In this document: positions 60,652-64,000 of the stretch, in pieces
How positions within the stretch are numbered: position 1 is the stretch's first letter
Layout of the letters: every line of letters begins with the position of its first letter
From: Trichoplax sp. H2
Lineage: Eukaryota
Assembly: GCA_003344405.1 (NCBI GenBank)
Contig: NOWV01000126.1
Coordinates: forward strand, 1-64,000
Direction: 5' to 3'
Length of the DNA: 64,000 nt
Made by a program: the position numbers and the translations under genes
The notes under the pieces: model-generated
What the model was told of the DNA's origin: nothing
Databases searched by the model: none
The model's input: the letters and a program-made list of their open reading frames with translations, nothing else

Positions 60652-63600
60652 ATGGAAACGATGGAAGAAGAAGATTGGCTATGGATGTTAGGCCAAGCTG
60701 AGCAAGCACAAGTATCCAACGATATCTATGGAGCTCGATCATGGCTAATTAGTTGTAAATCTTTATTTCCTGATAACTTTCAAGTTCAGGTAATAAAGAC
60801 ATGATAATTCAGATAATGATGGAATACCAATTTTACTGATGTTAACTTAGAAATCCAGAGATAGGATACTATAGTCTACTATATTCATATATGTATTGAT
60901 TGTTGATTTATAACGAAAACGCGATATCAACGTTGAACATTAAAGACGTCTAGCTAGGTTAAAGTCGGTAGCGGTTTACAGTGTTTACGAAATAGAAAAT
61001 AAGAACTTTTTAAAATAAAGTGCATTGGGCATGATAGACACTATTCAGTAACATTTATTTGATGTTTGTCTATGTTGAGCTTGAGCTTGAATAAGGATAT
61101 TATCGAATTAATGGTGTGCCATGCTGTGGATTCAATCTAATGATTCCTTTTCCTATTGAATTAGCTCTTTGCCTATAATTTTGAAAAAAATTGCAAAAAG
61201 TACCGCCAAGCTGCAACTGTTTTAACAACGATGTATGTTTGCCATACTCTATCAGCCGTTCCTGTTTATGATAGAATATTTTAGAGTAAAATTGAAACCT
61301 ATTGAGAAGATACTATACAACTTGTACAGTATAGCTGATTACAACTTAATATGTTTGTTTTATTGTATTACTTAAATAATGCCTGGCACTCGTTCAACAG
61401 GCTAAATAAATTTACTAGCGAAGACAAGCTATGGCAACTCCTAAGAGACTCCTGCCTTGCCTTATTTGTTGGTAATAGTGAAGACAATGCAGAATTTGAA
61501 GGTGCAGATAAATACACCTATTTAGTGATATTTAAACTTACCGGATAAATTACTGCATCATCAACTATTGTTGCTTTAAAAGCTACCAGTATTACAGTAT
61601 GCTTTTGAAGTAATTCCATAATTGACGTATAGTGTCCTGTGTCTTATCGCTATTTCCTTAAATTTTGAATACTTTATAAAATGATATATTACTTCTGATA
61701 ATTCGTGATATCTGGTTATCGTTTTAGAAATACTAAATGAATTTAGCGATGAAGAGAGGTTGGGTTTATTAACTGCTACTGCAGGTAAAATAATTTAAAA
61801 AGTAATTATATTGGATGAGTTTTAGTTTGCTTCGATGATATGTAAGTTTACTGTAGCGATGCCTATAATTAATTGAAATAGTTTCAATATTGCGAATGTA
61901 ATTCATATTATCCAATTTAGATTCTACACTAGTTCATAGTAGAATTAATGTTACAACTGCCATTTATAATCGAACAGTATCACACACCTAAAAAATTTTG
62001 TCTCTGGGGGTATACTTGTAGACAATAGTCAACAAACTGCTGAAAAATGCAAACTGAAGCTGTTAATACTACGAAATTATCCACAGACCATAATAACCCA
62101 TGGCGTAAGCTCTAAGCATGAATTACGGAATGCATGTATCATTAACTATTTTGATTCTAGCAAAGTATAGGTGCTGTAATGTGTATGGTATTCATTTACA
62201 TGAATACTTCGAACTTGCAATAAATTTTAATTAGTAGATATTCATATGGTTGTTAAAATATTTGTAATATCACATTGTTTACTCCGAAAAATTGAACAGA
62301 AAGAGCTAGTGAATACCTTAGAGGATGCATTAAACAACCCAAAAGATGATCGGTACTTAATGGAGTTCGAATCTTTACTAGGTACATTATCCCACGCCTT
62401 ATTTGCATTTTTTTATTAATTTCTAATCTTAACAAACAGATATTATATAAGAAGCTCTTGACGTTACGTAGTATATATTTTTAAAAAGTCTGTTGATAAT
62501 TAAATGGGTGTGTATGTTAATTTATTACAGCATGCTCCGTTGTTCCTTTGATTTTAAAAAGCGACCGTATTCTATTCGCTGACAACCCGGATGAGGTACT
62601 GATTAAATATCGCACAGTCAATTTCATTAATTGTCACATTTTTATAGCGACTACTATAAAGAGTAAAGTTGTCTTTAACAGTAATTTACCTCTTAGTTTA
62701 ATTGGAAATTATCACTATTTTTTGAAAGTACGATGCCGATAATATTGTATATCTACCTACGACTTCTCTATACAACTGGCTGGAATTGTCTATTCGTTAC
62801 TTTCTGCTCAAAAAACATAGTGGAAACAGTGCGGCGCATTACAAAGATGTTATCGATACTTTGGTGTCTGTCGCATCTAAAGCAAATTGGGCTAATGATG
62901 GAAAGATTGAAGAGTGCTTTATACCATTGCTAAAGGGGTTAGTATCAACTATCATGCTGCCGTGAAATGGTAAATAAATAAAAATACGTTTTAAATAATA
63001 TGTCACGTTGTGGTAATTAATCAATTTATAGTGACGTAGAAAAATGCTGGAAATTGCTACAGAACCTCAGTCAATCGGACATAACTAAAGAAGAAGTTTT
63101 GTACTCATACTTTGTGTTGTTATGCTATGCTGCATATCATTATAATCTAAATGCGACAGGAGGTTTACAATTTGATCGCCAAATTTCTAATTGCTGTGAT
63201 GAAATTGTTGATCGTTTTCTTGATTATAATTCTTCTTTCATGTAGTATTTGAAATAGAAGATAGCGCAAACCTGGCTCTTGGTTCTGCCAGCAATAATGG
63301 ATACGTTTTACTGCAATCGGTTTGCGAAGTCACAGCGTCTATAGAGGTGAGCTTTATTTCGCCTTTACTGTTGTATTGTTTTTAGAACAGAGTAACATAA
63401 GTTAACATGAAGCTTATCTTAGCAGACATGTAGAAATTAAAGATACTGTTTGATTTATGCTTGAAACAATCGATCGCACTTACTAATCCGCTTTTATTGC
63501 TATTATATTTACGTTCCACAACTTAGGATAGCGATAACGAAGATGTATATATGGAACCGAAACCGCCCGGTAATTTATTCTTACAATATCGTGTGGTTAT

Positions 63601-64000
63601 AATATTGCATCTATAATGTAATGGCTATGTTTGCCTAGTGAAGTTCACTGTGTTTGATTTTAATTTTTCCTGAATGTGATAATTAAGCGTCTGAACCCCA
63701 CTTTTATCCATTCTTGACGGTGGCTACTAAATGCTGGAAGGTATTGGCCCACTCCGATTACCGTTCTGGTAAATTTTTTTATGATTGTCAGCCACTATTA
63801 AAAATTGAAATTCTATTGTCAGCTTATTTCAAATCATGCAAGTCATATTAAACCCTTTCTGCATGTATTTATTTATTCTTATTATTAAGACTTTAGACGA
63901 ATACGAAAGAGACTACGTTTCGAATATTACTTTACTTCTCTCCGTGTTGATATGCTTATTTACGAAGTAAGAGTAAAAATACTTATTTTGGTACGGTTCG
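60652..64000 (+). CDS. INTS10: Integrator complex subunit 10, 5' part (appears to continue beyond the window)
   Basis: Exon 1 ...NDIYGARSWLISCKSLFPDNFQVQ resembles human [23 protein letters not shown]. Later exons include EKCKLKLLILRNYPQTIITHG (cf. ERSEMLLLLLRRFPETVVQHG) and ACSVVPLIL. Probable 5'UTR intron at 60579-60647. Confidence 0.85.

Overview
AT-rich, intron-dense eukaryotic (animal) genomic DNA with mostly short GT-AG introns. The style suggests a compact early-branching metazoan such as a placozoan (Trichoplax-like); this is an inference. Eight conserved spliced genes can be read: the first exon of a phospholipid scramblase (-), NOMO (+), HINFP (-), COPA (+), PPP1R11/Inhibitor-3 (+), CBL (-), TTC12 (+) and the 5' part of INTS10 (+). 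The main anomaly is an intronless 526-aa ORF (55738-57318) of no recognisable animal family. It is a candidate horizontally acquired gene, possibly with a class-I aaRS/CDPS-like fold, and its 3' end is triplicated on one side of an assembly gap and single-copy on the other. Other oddities are a COPA first exon with no in-frame ATG (it reads ATG TTT TGA, a possible +1 shifty stop or a 1-nt error), a self-complementary CAGTA/TACTG satellite that clusters upstream of genes, and a mosaic of unrelated 105-190 bp tandem arrays in divergent promoters and first introns. Gene calls come from recalled protein motifs, not database searches.
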